From NCBI GenBank assembly GCA_023898365.1, contig CP060219.1, positions 737,934 through 801,933 on the forward strand: a DNA stretch of 64,000 bases. Reading direction: 5' to 3'. Of the stretch, positions 45,657-55,688 are shown piece after piece (the first letter of the stretch is position 1; every line of letters starts with the position of its first letter). The notes under the pieces are model-generated. The model had not been told where the DNA came from. It made no database searches and saw only the letters and a program-made list of their open reading frames with translations. This stretch comes from Candidatus Woesearchaeota archaeon. GTDB taxonomy: Archaea; Nanobdellota; Nanobdellia; Woesearchaeales; GCA-023898365. Made by a program: the position numbers and the translations under genes.

Positions 45657-48386
45657 ATGGTTTGGCGTGGTGTGTTTTCCGTAGTCTTTGTTTTGCTCGT
45701 CGTAGCGGGCATTGGCATTGGTGTTGATGCCGCGCTTTCAGTCCAGGATCATCATTGTTTTACCGTTGCAGATAAACTTGTTCTTGATCAAGAAACAAAT
45801 CCTCTTCTTTCGGTTGCTATTTATGATGAGACCGTTCTTTCATCTTGTCTGTCCGATGTGCGTTCGCAAACGGAGACGGTTATTTCTGCAAATGGTCATC
45901 TTTCGCTTTTTTCTGTGCTTGACAAAGACGGATCCTTTCTTGTTCGCGAATCGTTAGAACAAGATGGTGTTGCTTATCTTGTTAAGATAAAGACTGGCGA
46001 GTATGATGTGCGTAATCCAGAGGTGCAAAGGAAATTGCTCTCTTTGCTTGCAGACTATGGTGGTTCATTCGATCGAGTCATTGGTTACTCGAAACAATGG
46101 GTTCGGGTGAAGCTTCCTGTTAGCGCTGCAAACAATTTTTTCTCTGAGCATGATTGGCTTATTGAGGAACAATATGAAGAACGATTGCTTTCTCCACAAC
46201 TTGATCAGAGCGTGCCTCGCATTGGTGCGAATCTTCTTCGAGACGATCTTGGGCTAACAGGAGAAGAAGTAACAATTGGCGTTATCGATTCTGGTTTTTC
46301 ACCAAGTACGGGTTCACACATGACCGCTCCTGCTTCGCAAGGTATGTTCGGTGGGCATGCGATTGATGGAACAACGTTTGCTTATGTGCATCAACAAAAT
46401 GATAACGCTATTCGCAGTTACGCAACAGTGCCATTGGATGAAGCATTTGTCTACGTGACAAAGCATTGGTTTGCCGGTGGAAGTTTGTTTGTTCGTGCAT
46501 ATGCCAATGGTCCTCAGTCAACTATTTCTTTCTCTGCGCCTCGTGAAGGAGGACAAACATTTTCTTTTTCTGATCGCACCCAAGATCCCTTTGGTTCGTT
46601 CTTTGCAGAAATTGAACAACCAGCTTTTATTGGGCGAGTTAAGATTGATGATGATTTGTTAAACGAAGCATATTTTCGTTGGGAGGAAGATCAAGTTGGG
46701 GGATTTACTGTCACTGATGTTAATCCGTATTATCATGGTCTTGTAGTGAGCAACTATCCTTATTTCCTGCTTCTTGACCTTTCCGAACTCGAAGTGCAAC
46801 CCTACGATCCTTCGACGGGTCTTGACGAACCACTTGATGGGGTGCAACGTGTTGGCAGTTTTTCTGTGCGAGGCGAAACATATAATTTTATTTTGTATGA
46901 TCGAGAAGAAACACTTGTCGAAGAAATCAATCCTTCGCTTTTTCGCGCAACATATGAGGGTGTTGACACAATCGCTTTCGATCTTGACCATGACAGCGCT
47001 GGCATCTACGAATATCAACTCACTCGTGGTAGTGATGGTACGCACGAATATTGTTTTGATCAATCTCGCTTAACCGGTCTTGGAAATTATGATCCTTGCT
47101 TTGATCCGTTCAGCACCTATTATTTTAAAGTTGATGAAGAAGGAAATGACGTGCCCATTCTTGGCTATCCTCAGTTGAATGATCGCTATGTGTTGTTGTT
47201 TGCACCAGAGCAAGAGTTTGTTTCATATGCGCGCACATCAGAAGATTATCTTGCGCATGAATCAACGCTTGCATCCGTCTTGTTTTCACGCGATTCGGTA
47301 TATACAGGAATTGTTCCTGACGCAACGTACTTTTCAGAAAAAACACATGGCTTATCGTATGGCATAGATCCGAGCGAAGGTACCTTATCGCTACGTAATG
47401 CAATTATGGATGTAACCGATCCAGTTAGTGTGTATGTAACGACGCGTTCATCAGTTCCAGAATCTTATTTTATAGAAAGTATTCATGACTTGGCGTCGCA
47501 AGGTGCGCACATTGTCTTGCTTTCTTCAAACACCGATCCTGCAGGTGCAGAGTATCCTGAATTATATTGTGATGAGTTTCCCTTGGCTGAAACCATGCAT
47601 TCCTATGCTTTGCACGCAAACATGCTCTTTGTTGTTCCAGCAGGAAACATTCCTTTTTTTATGATGAACCCAGAGCTTGACGCAATTTTATATCCTGGTT
47701 GCGCCTCCTCTGCCCTCACGGTTGGTGGTGCGTCCCGAGGAAGCACTGTTTTAGAACTGTCTGGTCACGCTCCTAATTTTAATCCGCTTAAACCAGAGAT
47801 TGTTGCGCCAGGTGGTGATGTGCCGCTCTCTTCAGTTGTTGATGAAATCTATTATGATAATGGCAACGCATTGTCACTTTTCTTTCCTATGACTGCTTCA
47901 TCGTATTTAGGACTTGTTGATCCTGTCCAACTTGGCTCTGCGCGTCGAAGCACGGGAACAAGTTTGGCAGCAGCACATGCAGCAGGCGTTGCTGCGCAGC
48001 TGATGCAAGCAAATCCTAATTTATGCTGGTATGAATATCGTGCCATTTTGCAAGAGACCGCAACTGATCTTGGCGCGCCAACGTATCGTCAAGGCAGTGG
48101 GTTGCTTAATGCGTCTGCAGCGTATGCTCGCTTGGTTGATCCGAACGCTTACTTTGATTATTGTTTTGATGAAGAATTGTTTTGTGATGATGGCACAACG
48201 CTTAATTCTTGTTCGGTAGATAATGATCCATATTTCTGTGCGTTCACACCAGAGGACGGTGTTGCGCTTGTTGCTTCGTGCCAACGCTGTGGTTGTCCGC
48301 AAGGGTATGCGTGCGTTGAAGAAAACGAACTCGTTGGCTATTGCGAATGCGTTGGTTCACACTGCGAGCAAGAATTTATTTGGTGA
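45657..48386 (+). CDS. Secreted subtilisin-like serine protease (S8) with Cys-rich C-terminal module
   Basis: Signal MVWRGVFSVVFVLLVVAGIGIG; Asp motif VTIGVIDSGF; Ser motif GTSLAAAHAAGVAAQL; C-terminal CxxC-rich ~90 aa; ATG 45657 ~25 bp after TATA ggtttataatatc (leaderless); track start 45498 rejected. Confidence 0.75.
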   Translation: MVWRGVFSVVFVLLVVAGIGIGVDAALSVQDHHCFTVADKLVLDQETNPLLSVAIYDETVLSSCLSDVRSQTETVISANGHLSLFSVLDKDGSFLVRESLEQDGVAYLVKIKTGEYDVRNPEVQRKLLSLLADYGGSFDRVIGYSKQWVRVKLPVSAANNFFSEHDWLIEEQYEERLLSPQLDQSVPRIGANLLRDDLGLTGEEVTIGVIDSGFSPSTGSHMTAPASQGMFGGHAIDGTTFAYVHQQNDNAIRSYATVPLDEAFVYVTKHWFAGGSLFVRAYANGPQSTISFSAPREGGQTFSFSDRTQDPFGSFFAEIEQPAFIGRVKIDDDLLNEAYFRWEEDQVGGFTVTDVNPYYHGLVVSNYPYFLLLDLSELEVQPYDPSTGLDEPLDGVQRVGSFSVRGETYNFILYDREETLVEEINPSLFRATYEGVDTIAFDLDHDSAGIYEYQLTRGSDGTHEYCFDQSRLTGLGNYDPCFDPFSTYYFKVDEEGNDVPILGYPQLNDRYVLLFAPEQEFVSYARTSEDYLAHESTLASVLFSRDSVYTGIVPDATYFSEKTHGLSYGIDPSEGTLSLRNAIMDVTDPVSVYVTTRSSVPESYFIESIHDLASQGAHIVLLSSNTDPAGAEYPELYCDEFPLAETMHSYALHANMLFVVPAGNIPFFMMNPELDAILYPGCASSALTVGGASRGSTVLELSGHAPNFNPLKPEIVAPGGDVPLSSVVDEIYYDNGNALSLFFPMTASSYLGLVDPVQLGSARRSTGTSLAAAHAAGVAAQLMQANPNLCWYEYRAILQETATDLGAPTYRQGSGLLNASAAYARLVDPNAYFDYCFDEELFCDDGTTLNSCSVDNDPYFCAFTPEDGVALVASCQRCGCPQGYACVEENELVGYCECVGSHCEQEFIW

Positions 48387-48398
48387 TTTCCTTTTCTG

Positions 48399-48563
48399 TT
48401 ATACTTTTAATCTCTCTGTTGCCTTGATAACTCTACACTTACCTTGCAAGCCTTGGTTTTCTTTTACTTCTCTGACTACGCGTTCATATTTCTCAAATAT
48501 TGATCTGAATGTAGTTCCTATATACGGTAGCGAATCAATAACTGTTATCTTTTCCACTTTCAT
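48399..48563 (-). CDS. Candidate small protein (54 aa) translationally coupled to the esterase
   Basis: ATGA overlap with upstream stop; MKVEKITVIDSLPYIGTTFRSIFEKYERVVREVKENQGLQGKCRVIKATERLKV. Confidence 0.3.
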   Translation of the reverse strand: MKVEKITVIDSLPYIGTTFRSIFEKYERVVREVKENQGLQGKCRVIKATERLKV

Positions 48564-49117
48564 AGGGATGTTATCCAACTCTTAATGATCTCACTAACTT
48601 CTTCAAGATTTGTGAATTCGTGTCCTTGTTCACTTTCTACAAGAGTTATGTTCGAGCAAGAATTTGCTATTTTCTGGGAGTTGACGAATGGAATTTTTTT
48701 GTCTTTTCTATCGTGAATAATGAGAATTGGTTTTTTGTGTTTCTTGATGAACTCCTTGGTCACCACATTATCAAAAAACGAAGATAGATGCTTTAGTTGT
48801 GTATTTTCATGGAACTTATCTTCTTCTCCAAATTGAACTGCTGGCGCAAGCAACACTAGACGCTTTACAGATTCATGTGGTGATACTAGTGCGACTCCAC
48901 CTCCAAGACTTCTTGCTATGACAACCCATTCATTTCCAGAATCTTCGATTTCTTTGAAAAACGACTGTTGAATCTCACTTAATGTCAGATTCGCCAATTC
49001 ATTAATTGATGACCATTTTTCGAAATCAGTAATTCTCTTATCTAACTGCTCAGAGAGGATGCTGCTGATTCTCCCTTTTTCTTCATGAACTCCTTGTATG
49101 TACATCCATTTCAACAT
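48560..49117 (-). CDS. Alpha/beta-hydrolase fold esterase
   Basis: VVIARSLGGGVAL nucleophile elbow (AxSxG variant), downstream Asp/His candidates; ATG 49117. Confidence 0.55.
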   Translation of the reverse strand: MLKWMYIQGVHEEKGRISSILSEQLDKRITDFEKWSSINELANLTLSEIQQSFFKEIEDSGNEWVVIARSLGGGVALVSPHESVKRLVLLAPAVQFGEEDKFHENTQLKHLSSFFDNVVTKEFIKKHKKPILIIHDRKDKKIPFVNSQKIANSCSNITLVESEQGHEFTNLEEVSEIIKSWITSL

Positions 49118-49118
49118 T

Positions 49119-49235
49119 TTATGTGGTTATTGGTCTTGCTTGAAGATAATAAATCTTTCCTTCTTTAACACAGAACTCAATATCTGCTGGTTTTTGCAGC
49201 GCTTCTTCAACAATTTTGTAATCTAAAAACCCTCT
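49119..49235 (-). pseudogene. Remnant of a PEP-utilising-enzyme N-terminal (PPDK_N/ATP-grasp) domain gene: last ~38 codons only
   Basis: Minus-strand frame RGFLDYKIVEEALQKPADIEFCVKEGKIYYLQARPITT* matches the ...P.DIEW...GK.Y.LQARPIT C-terminus of PPDK_N domains; in-frame stop immediately upstream, no start. Confidence 0.35.
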
Positions 49236-49367
49236 TTAAAGCTTTGTGGAATCTTTTCGTAATTTTTACGGGTGTGTTCGGAAAAAAAACGAGTGGTTTT
49301 CAAAATACGTAATTATTTTCCATATAGAAATTAATTAATCTTTAACAAATTATTTAAACTTCAGAAT

Positions 49368-49379
49368 CACTATATAGTG
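49368..49379. promoter_or_regulatory. Perfect palindrome CACTATATAGTG between a TATA-like element (aaattatttaaac) and the ATG at 49382
   Basis: Same CAC-(A/T)5-GTG motif as the two arms of the nrdR upstream inverted repeat. Confidence 0.4.
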
Positions 49380-49381
49380 GT

Positions 49382-50899
49382 ATGAACTGGGGGATGCGAA
49401 AAGTAGCGCCGTTGGTGGCAGCCATTCCTTTAGCGTTAGCAGTGCCACAAGCAGATGCAGCAAATATTCATGTTGTCGACGGCACCACCATGCAACCTGT
49501 CTCAAATTTTCCTCTTGCTGTGACGTACGATGGGCAAACTGAAACACAGTATTCTGATCTTGAAGGAATTATTACCGTAGATCCGACAACTGCGGTTGCA
49601 GATCCCCAAACACCTTCGCGTAGCACACATCTTGATTTTTTTCGCACCATGCATGACTATGGCGTTCCTAACGCTAGGGCTGAGGTGTACAATATTCAAG
49701 GTCGGCGTGAAGGATCAATTTCTGCAATGAACGAACTTACTGATTTCGCACTTGCGCCGGGAACTTATTTTTTGCGTGATCAAAAAACGGGTGCGTTAGA
49801 AAAAATAACCTTGCTTGAACGAGGCGCTATGCCTGCTCTTCATTCTTGGCATCACTTACCCTCTCCCTATCATGCCGGCCAGCGATTGCAAACGGCAAGT
49901 TCTCGCGATGGAGAAAGTTTTGAAGTTGCCATGGCCATACCTGATAATGAAGAACATGCAGTAAATGTAAATGGCGCAGATTATCTTTCAGATGTTGGCG
50001 CACTCTGGCACATTCCAGGTGGCTATACTGAAGCGAACCGTAGTGAACTGTTAGCAACAAGTATGGATGATGATTACTTGCACGGTCTTATCGGTATTGA
50101 TCGAGATGGAACGATCACCCAATCAATAAATGCCTCGCTTGAACCAGACGAAGATTATTTCTTATCCGTCATTCCTTATGATCGAGTGACGTTGCCAAAT
50201 GGTGGCGAGAGCAGCAAACGAAGTTTTTTAGAATCAGTGTACAGCGCATATCCTGGAGGAGATTTATTTCGACACCTTAACGATTCTTTAAATGTCTTCG
50301 TATACATGGGCGTCTCGCAACCAATTGAATTTTTTAACAATGACACGCTCACCACTGCAATAGATAAATTTATTGATCTTCATGCAGTGGATGGATATAA
50401 TTTTTTTGACCATATTGAGGGAACGCCAACGTACGCAGAACCTATGTCTGATGACACTCCCCGTCATGTGTTCTTTGGCTATGATCGTGTTGGCAATGAT
50501 TTTTGGTCACTCTTAGAACCCTACGATCCTACGATCATTTGGGCAACGCACAGTTATGAACATCTTGCAGGTCGCAATGTGAACGCAATCACCAGTGATG
50601 ATTTTGTGCGGGGACTTAACAAAGCATTTTTGCTCACCTCATTACTCGATGTGCAAGAAGGGCCTGGTTATGATCCAGAAGCAGCACGTCCCTTCATCTA
50701 TGCATTGCACGCCTTAGGTTTTCACGTCAAACCATACGGATCAGCAAATTTGTTTGGACTAGCTGGCAGTCCTGAAGAGCAAACACCCGAAGTCTTAGAA
50801 AGCAAACTTCTAAACAGATCATACGACTCGCAAGCAACAAGTGCGCAACAATACAAAGGACTTGTGAATGATCAACCCGCACCCTACACTGGCGAGTGA
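49382..50899 (+). CDS. Secreted hypothetical protein (paralog-like to 52270-54210 in N-terminal module)
   Basis: Signal MNWGMRKVAPLVAAIPLALAVPQADAA; N-terminal ~90-aa module ...THLDF...Y.I.GRR...ELT.F...GTYF resembles that of the 52270 protein. Confidence 0.55.
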   Translation: MNWGMRKVAPLVAAIPLALAVPQADAANIHVVDGTTMQPVSNFPLAVTYDGQTETQYSDLEGIITVDPTTAVADPQTPSRSTHLDFFRTMHDYGVPNARAEVYNIQGRREGSISAMNELTDFALAPGTYFLRDQKTGALEKITLLERGAMPALHSWHHLPSPYHAGQRLQTASSRDGESFEVAMAIPDNEEHAVNVNGADYLSDVGALWHIPGGYTEANRSELLATSMDDDYLHGLIGIDRDGTITQSINASLEPDEDYFLSVIPYDRVTLPNGGESSKRSFLESVYSAYPGGDLFRHLNDSLNVFVYMGVSQPIEFFNNDTLTTAIDKFIDLHAVDGYNFFDHIEGTPTYAEPMSDDTPRHVFFGYDRVGNDFWSLLEPYDPTIIWATHSYEHLAGRNVNAITSDDFVRGLNKAFLLTSLLDVQEGPGYDPEAARPFIYALHALGFHVKPYGSANLFGLAGSPEEQTPEVLESKLLNRSYDSQATSAQQYKGLVNDQPAPYTGE

Positions 50900-50957
50900 T
50901 TCATAAACCAAAGTAAAAAACCTTTATTCACTATCATCGCAATCTTTATAAATAACT

Positions 50958-52130
50958 TTGCGTGAAGTAATTTCTGTGTTAGCGAGAGTGTGTTTCGGAG
51001 TTTTGATCTTATTCTTACTTCCCACAGTAATTGGATTAGCAGGTCCGCCACCTGAAACAATGCCAGAAGAACTTCCTGTACTCAATCCGGTGTACGCATT
51101 TCAAGAAAACTATGATTGTTACTTTGACTTTAACACCGTTCCCGGAAGTGTTGAAGCAGGCGTCATATATGCTAACTACTCTGACTTTGACGTAGACCTT
51201 GGTATCACCGGCGATGTTGATAACGCACACTTCGAACAAGGTTTGAAGACGTTGTTTTGTCCAGATTGGGCATCATCACCAGGGCACACCCTTGGTCATC
51301 CACAAACCGTTGACACCATCATCGGCTACGAGCTTGACGGTCACTTCAACATAACTGACTCGCAAGGCATAATGAACCCTATCGAACTCCCACTCTATGA
51401 ACGATCAGGATTTGACACCGTTGAATATAAAAACGCATGGACTGAAGATTGCTCCAAAGGCTACGCCTGTTTATTTTATGCATCTGATGTTGGCAACGCA
51501 CACGTCGCATCCTGTGATGGAGACAACCCCTACAACTTCTCCGTACTCGTCTGTGCACGAACCGCACCGCTTGAGAATTGTTACAACAGCATCGATGACA
51601 ATTACGACGGATTCATCGACTGTGTAGATTCAGACTGTCATGCTGCTGCAATCGAACAAGCAGTAGATGCGTTTTACTGTGATAATTCTGCATTGCCAGC
51701 TGGAAGTATGTTAACAACAGACTTTTGCGTGAACAATCCAACGCTGTGTAATAATACTGAAGAAGCAATCGAAGGAACTGATCCTGTTGAGTATGGAGTG
51801 TCTTACTATTGCTCGTATGTTGAAGAGGATGATCCTGTGTTAAGCAATCGAGAAGCATATTGTTGCCCGCAAGGATATTACCCTCAACGAGTGTCTCCTT
51901 GGGAATATAAATGTCTAGAAACTGCTACTTGTTATGATGAGAGTCAGCCAGAGTTTTGCAATTCCATGTTTCATCTCTTTGCAGAATTCCCTGCGTGGTC
52001 AACGGAAAACAACCCTTTAGATCTTGACTGTAACCAATACAACGAACCAACGGGAAGCGAAGCTTGTTGCCTGGTGAGTCGTTGGGGTGGAGTAGATTAT
52101 TTTGACACGGCAAATGTCAGAGTGTACTAA
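50958..52130 (+). CDS. Secreted Cys-rich hypothetical protein, non-ATG start
   Basis: No in-frame ATG before the signal peptide (VLARVCFGVLILFLLPTVIGLAG); TTG 50958 / GTG 50975 / GTG 50987 possible; ~30 Cys. Confidence 0.5.
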   Translation: MREVISVLARVCFGVLILFLLPTVIGLAGPPPETMPEELPVLNPVYAFQENYDCYFDFNTVPGSVEAGVIYANYSDFDVDLGITGDVDNAHFEQGLKTLFCPDWASSPGHTLGHPQTVDTIIGYELDGHFNITDSQGIMNPIELPLYERSGFDTVEYKNAWTEDCSKGYACLFYASDVGNAHVASCDGDNPYNFSVLVCARTAPLENCYNSIDDNYDGFIDCVDSDCHAAAIEQAVDAFYCDNSALPAGSMLTTDFCVNNPTLCNNTEEAIEGTDPVEYGVSYYCSYVEEDDPVLSNREAYCCPQGYYPQRVSPWEYKCLETATCYDESQPEFCNSMFHLFAEFPAWSTENNPLDLDCNQYNEPTGSEACCLVSRWGGVDYFDTANVRVY

Positions 52131-52269
52131 GACCACTTCTTTCTCGTAAACTTTTCGGAACTCATCGAACAACCAATAGTAATTTTAGAGGTAATGCTCC
52201 TTATTGTAAAACTTTTTTTTTGGGGTTCTATTTTTTTTAAAGAAAGAAAAGTGAATATAACATCCGGAA

Positions 52270-54210
52270 TTACTTGTTGTTGTATGCGTTTATAACTTGA
52301 CTAACTGGTTGTTGTGCTGCTTCTGGATGTGTTGCAACGTACGCTTTGAGTTCGCTTACCTTGATTGTTTTTCCTTGCTCGGTAAGTTCTTCAATGCTTG
52401 GTCCCGTACTTGAGAATCTACTTTCTCTCGTTTCTGTTGCTTGTAGACCTGGCATTTGTGCTTGTCCCAGGTCGCTTTGTCGTAACTGTCTTCCTGCAAG
52501 GTTGCGGTATGCCATCATTGAGCGTAGTACCCAACCAGGTCCTCCTGTTCCGTCTGTTACATAGATGTCTCCCACTGTTGAATAGCCGAAGTCATCGTCC
52601 ATTTGGTCAATGTCTGCTCCTCCAAGGAGTCCTGCGCTTTCTGCGAATTCTTGTGCTCTTACGGGTGATGGTTCTCCAATGTTAAATGATTGTTCACTTC
52701 TTACTAAGTAATCTGCCCAAATATCATCTGGGTTTGCACTGTTTGCGTTGCCATTTGGCGCTCCTGAGTCAAACCACATCCAGTTTTTGTAACGAGATCC
52801 AACCTCGTTTGGTAATTCTGTTGTTGCGGTAAGCTCACTTGCGTATTGTCGAAGAGTGTCTTGTCCGATAGCAAAGAATCCTGGCACGACTTGTTCATGA
52901 AAGTTATAATATGTGAGGAGTTGTTCCGCAGTGAGTTCTTGTCCGTTGTCCCAGTTAATCGGATACATCCACCGTTGCCAGTCAGGACCTATCATGAAGA
53001 TAGCTCTGAGATGGCTTCCCCAGGCGTTGTAGTTGTTGTGGTCTTCTGCGCTACCGCGGAGTCCTTCTGTTCGTTTGACGAAGATGGTTGCAAATCGGTC
53101 GTCTGGATGGTCGTCATTGATGAATCTGAATGGTTGGCCGAAGTACTCGTTAAGTGACCAGCTGCCATTTCCTTGTGGATAATTTGCAACGATAGTACTT
53201 GTTGTGTCGTTGCTTGTGATGTGGTCACTGACGTCTGTGCCGTTGTTTGCCCACCACATGCCAATATCTGGTCTGGTGAGTACTGCGTTAATGTTTGGAA
53301 ATACGCTTTGATCGGGTGTGTCGACGTTCATGCGAAAGTAATCGTTGATGTTGATTGCTTCTCCTGTTCGTTCATCTCGTGTTTCTCCGTCTTGTTCAAT
53401 CGTGCTTTGTGCGTTTGCGGGCACTAATCTTGTTCCTAACGTTCTTGCTTGTTTTGCTGCTTTGTTCCAGTTTTTATAGCCTTCAAGTACTTGTCCGTGT
53501 GCGACGGTGATGCCTTCTGCGAATGGGGAATCTGTTCCTTGAATGAAGTATTTTCCTGAGGATAGTCCGAGTGTGTTGATTTCGTCCATTGATTTGATGT
53601 TTGCTACGCGTCGTCCTAGGACATCGTAGATTGTTGCTTGGGTTAGCCCTGTTGCAGAGAAATAATCAAAGTCAAGGTGGGTGTTGTTTCGTTGTTGTGG
53701 CACGCCAGTGTCTTCATCTAGGGGGATGCGTAAAAACCCATCTGCGTCTGAGGTGTAATGCGTGGTGTCTCCTGTTGCACTGTTAATTAAATCTACGGAA
53801 AAATCTGGTACGGGTATAAATCCTTGTGAGGGGTTTGTTAACAATTCTTGATTGGGAATGCTAAGCATATTAATAAGCAGTGTGTCGGGGTCTGTTCGTG
53901 CACTGACTCTGTACCATCCTTGTCCGTTGCCAACTGCGCCAACATCTGTTAAGAAGGTGTCTGCTGTTGTTGCAAGTGGTAAGAAGTTGTTTGGGTTGTG
54001 TGGATCGTGACTTGCTTTGTCAACGTGATAGTCTCGTGCACGATCAACTCGTGTCCAGTTAAGAAGGACGTCGCCTCCTTGTGCTCTGATCGAAAGATCT
54101 GGTGTGGTGCCTACGCCTTGTGCGAATGCTGGCTGTCCTAGTGTTGCGCCGAGCAAGAGTATTTTTGCTGCTGTGTTAATCCTTGTAAGGAGTGAGTCTT
54201 TCTTGACCAT
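52270..54210 (-). CDS. Large secreted hypothetical protein
   Basis: Signal MVKKDSLLTRINTAAKILLLGATLGQPAFAQG; 646 aa; N-terminal module similar to 49382 protein. Confidence 0.55.
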   Translation of the reverse strand: MVKKDSLLTRINTAAKILLLGATLGQPAFAQGVGTTPDLSIRAQGGDVLLNWTRVDRARDYHVDKASHDPHNPNNFLPLATTADTFLTDVGAVGNGQGWYRVSARTDPDTLLINMLSIPNQELLTNPSQGFIPVPDFSVDLINSATGDTTHYTSDADGFLRIPLDEDTGVPQQRNNTHLDFDYFSATGLTQATIYDVLGRRVANIKSMDEINTLGLSSGKYFIQGTDSPFAEGITVAHGQVLEGYKNWNKAAKQARTLGTRLVPANAQSTIEQDGETRDERTGEAININDYFRMNVDTPDQSVFPNINAVLTRPDIGMWWANNGTDVSDHITSNDTTSTIVANYPQGNGSWSLNEYFGQPFRFINDDHPDDRFATIFVKRTEGLRGSAEDHNNYNAWGSHLRAIFMIGPDWQRWMYPINWDNGQELTAEQLLTYYNFHEQVVPGFFAIGQDTLRQYASELTATTELPNEVGSRYKNWMWFDSGAPNGNANSANPDDIWADYLVRSEQSFNIGEPSPVRAQEFAESAGLLGGADIDQMDDDFGYSTVGDIYVTDGTGGPGWVLRSMMAYRNLAGRQLRQSDLGQAQMPGLQATETRESRFSSTGPSIEELTEQGKTIKVSELKAYVATHPEAAQQPVSQVINAYNNK

Positions 54211-54337
54211 GACTAAATAGATGCATTCTAGATTTATAAACTTTTCTCTTATTTACTTTTAAGTAGTGAATTTATTTATAAATTGCATATTGCCTTCGCA
54301 ACCAGAAAACACTTCAAAGAAATAGACGGGATTACGA

Positions 54338-54862
54338 TTATTTCGTATTAATAGCAAGAGCACTCCAAAGCTTCTCAAGAATGCCTAGTGCTAGCTCATT
54401 TTCTGCATACGCTCCCTTATACTTCGCATACAATTTTTCCATACGTTGATTGATCTTAGCAAATGACAATCCTTCTTTTCCTTCAGCAAAATAACGAAAT
54501 CTGACCACTTCAGGAATAAATAAAGACAGTCCATCAGCACACCGGAACAGTTTTCCCTCTTTCGTTTTTGGATTACCGCCAGAACCATGTTCTGCAATAC
54601 ACTCTCTTGCAACAGCGTCAAGTAAAAAATCTTGCTCGAGCATAAGTAATCCTTGACGAGCATGATCTTCCTCGCCTCGCACCTTACCTACATCATGCAC
54701 CCACGCAACAGCGATCAACTCATCACGAGAACATGATAAGAGTTCAAGCGCAGCAATAATGCCCCTAGAATGTATTGTATTCCACTCTTGCATGAGAGGA
54801 TCAAGTTCAGAGAACTTCTCCTTCGCATACTCCTTTGCAGCAGTAAGTGTTAGTTTATTCAT
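54338..54862 (-). CDS. HD-domain phosphohydrolase
   Basis: ...HSRGIIAALELL...AWVHDVGK...D... (H..HD...D). Confidence 0.55.
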   Translation of the reverse strand: MNKLTLTAAKEYAKEKFSELDPLMQEWNTIHSRGIIAALELLSCSRDELIAVAWVHDVGKVRGEEDHARQGLLMLEQDFLLDAVARECIAEHGSGGNPKTKEGKLFRCADGLSLFIPEVVRFRYFAEGKEGLSFAKINQRMEKLYAKYKGAYAENELALGILEKLWSALAINTK

Positions 54863-55214
54863 GGTTTTATTGTTGTTATTGGTCTAGTTTGAAAGCAGTA
54901 AAACCTGTCCTTAACAACTCCAAATTCTATGTCTTGCGGATAGTTAATAATTTTTCTATTATGTTTTTTTTGCTACAGATACTATGATATCGGAATTTTT
55001 TTTAGATCTTTCACGAATATTTATAATATGAAAGTAATGTTTTCAAAATATTAATTTATTTTTTAAGGAGGTTGAAAATTGAAGTTAGATATTATTTTTT
55101 TGAATAGTGTCAACAACTATGGCGAAAAGGATTTGTCGTTGAAACTGTTGACGTTGCAAGTTAGGTTGATCAGTTAACGAGAATTCTATCGAACAAATAA
55201 TTTTTTTATCTGTC

Positions 55215-55688
55215 TTACTGTTTCATTTCGTATTCTTTCTTCACCTTTATCACTACGGGTGAACAGGCTTTCTTAATTTCTGAAACGGTAATTTCTAATA
55301 AGGTGTGCATATCACCACCGCCAACAAACACGCTCAGATCATCGGGTAAACTTTCATCAACAATGAATGTTGCGTCAAACCCAAAAGGTGGCACGCCTCC
55401 TGCGGGAAATCCACACACCTTCACAACTTTTTCAAAAGGAACCAGTCGAAGCTTTGAGCAAGAAAACTGTTCGCGGATTTTGTTTTTATCAACGAGATCT
55501 TTACCAAAAAGTATGACGGCAAACAACCGTTCTTCTTTGTCTTCGAGCAACACTGTTTTTACTATTTTTTCAAGAGGAATGCCTGACGCACGTGCTGAAT
55601 GAACAGAACTATGCACGGATGCGGAAAATTCGTGTAGGGTAAACATATAGTGTTTGCGCAGTTCACAAATTTTTTCTCTAGGTGTCAT
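55215..55688 (-). CDS. YbaK/ProX-type aminoacyl-tRNA deacylase domain protein
   Basis: VCGFPAGGVPPFG and FIVDESL motifs typical of YbaK/ProX; ATG 55688 (track start 55694 is TTG); 11-nt overlap with upstream gene. Confidence 0.7.
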   Translation of the reverse strand: MTPREKICELRKHYMFTLHEFSASVHSSVHSARASGIPLEKIVKTVLLEDKEERLFAVILFGKDLVDKNKIREQFSCSKLRLVPFEKVVKVCGFPAGGVPPFGFDATFIVDESLPDDLSVFVGGGDMHTLLEITVSEIKKACSPVVIKVKKEYEMKQ

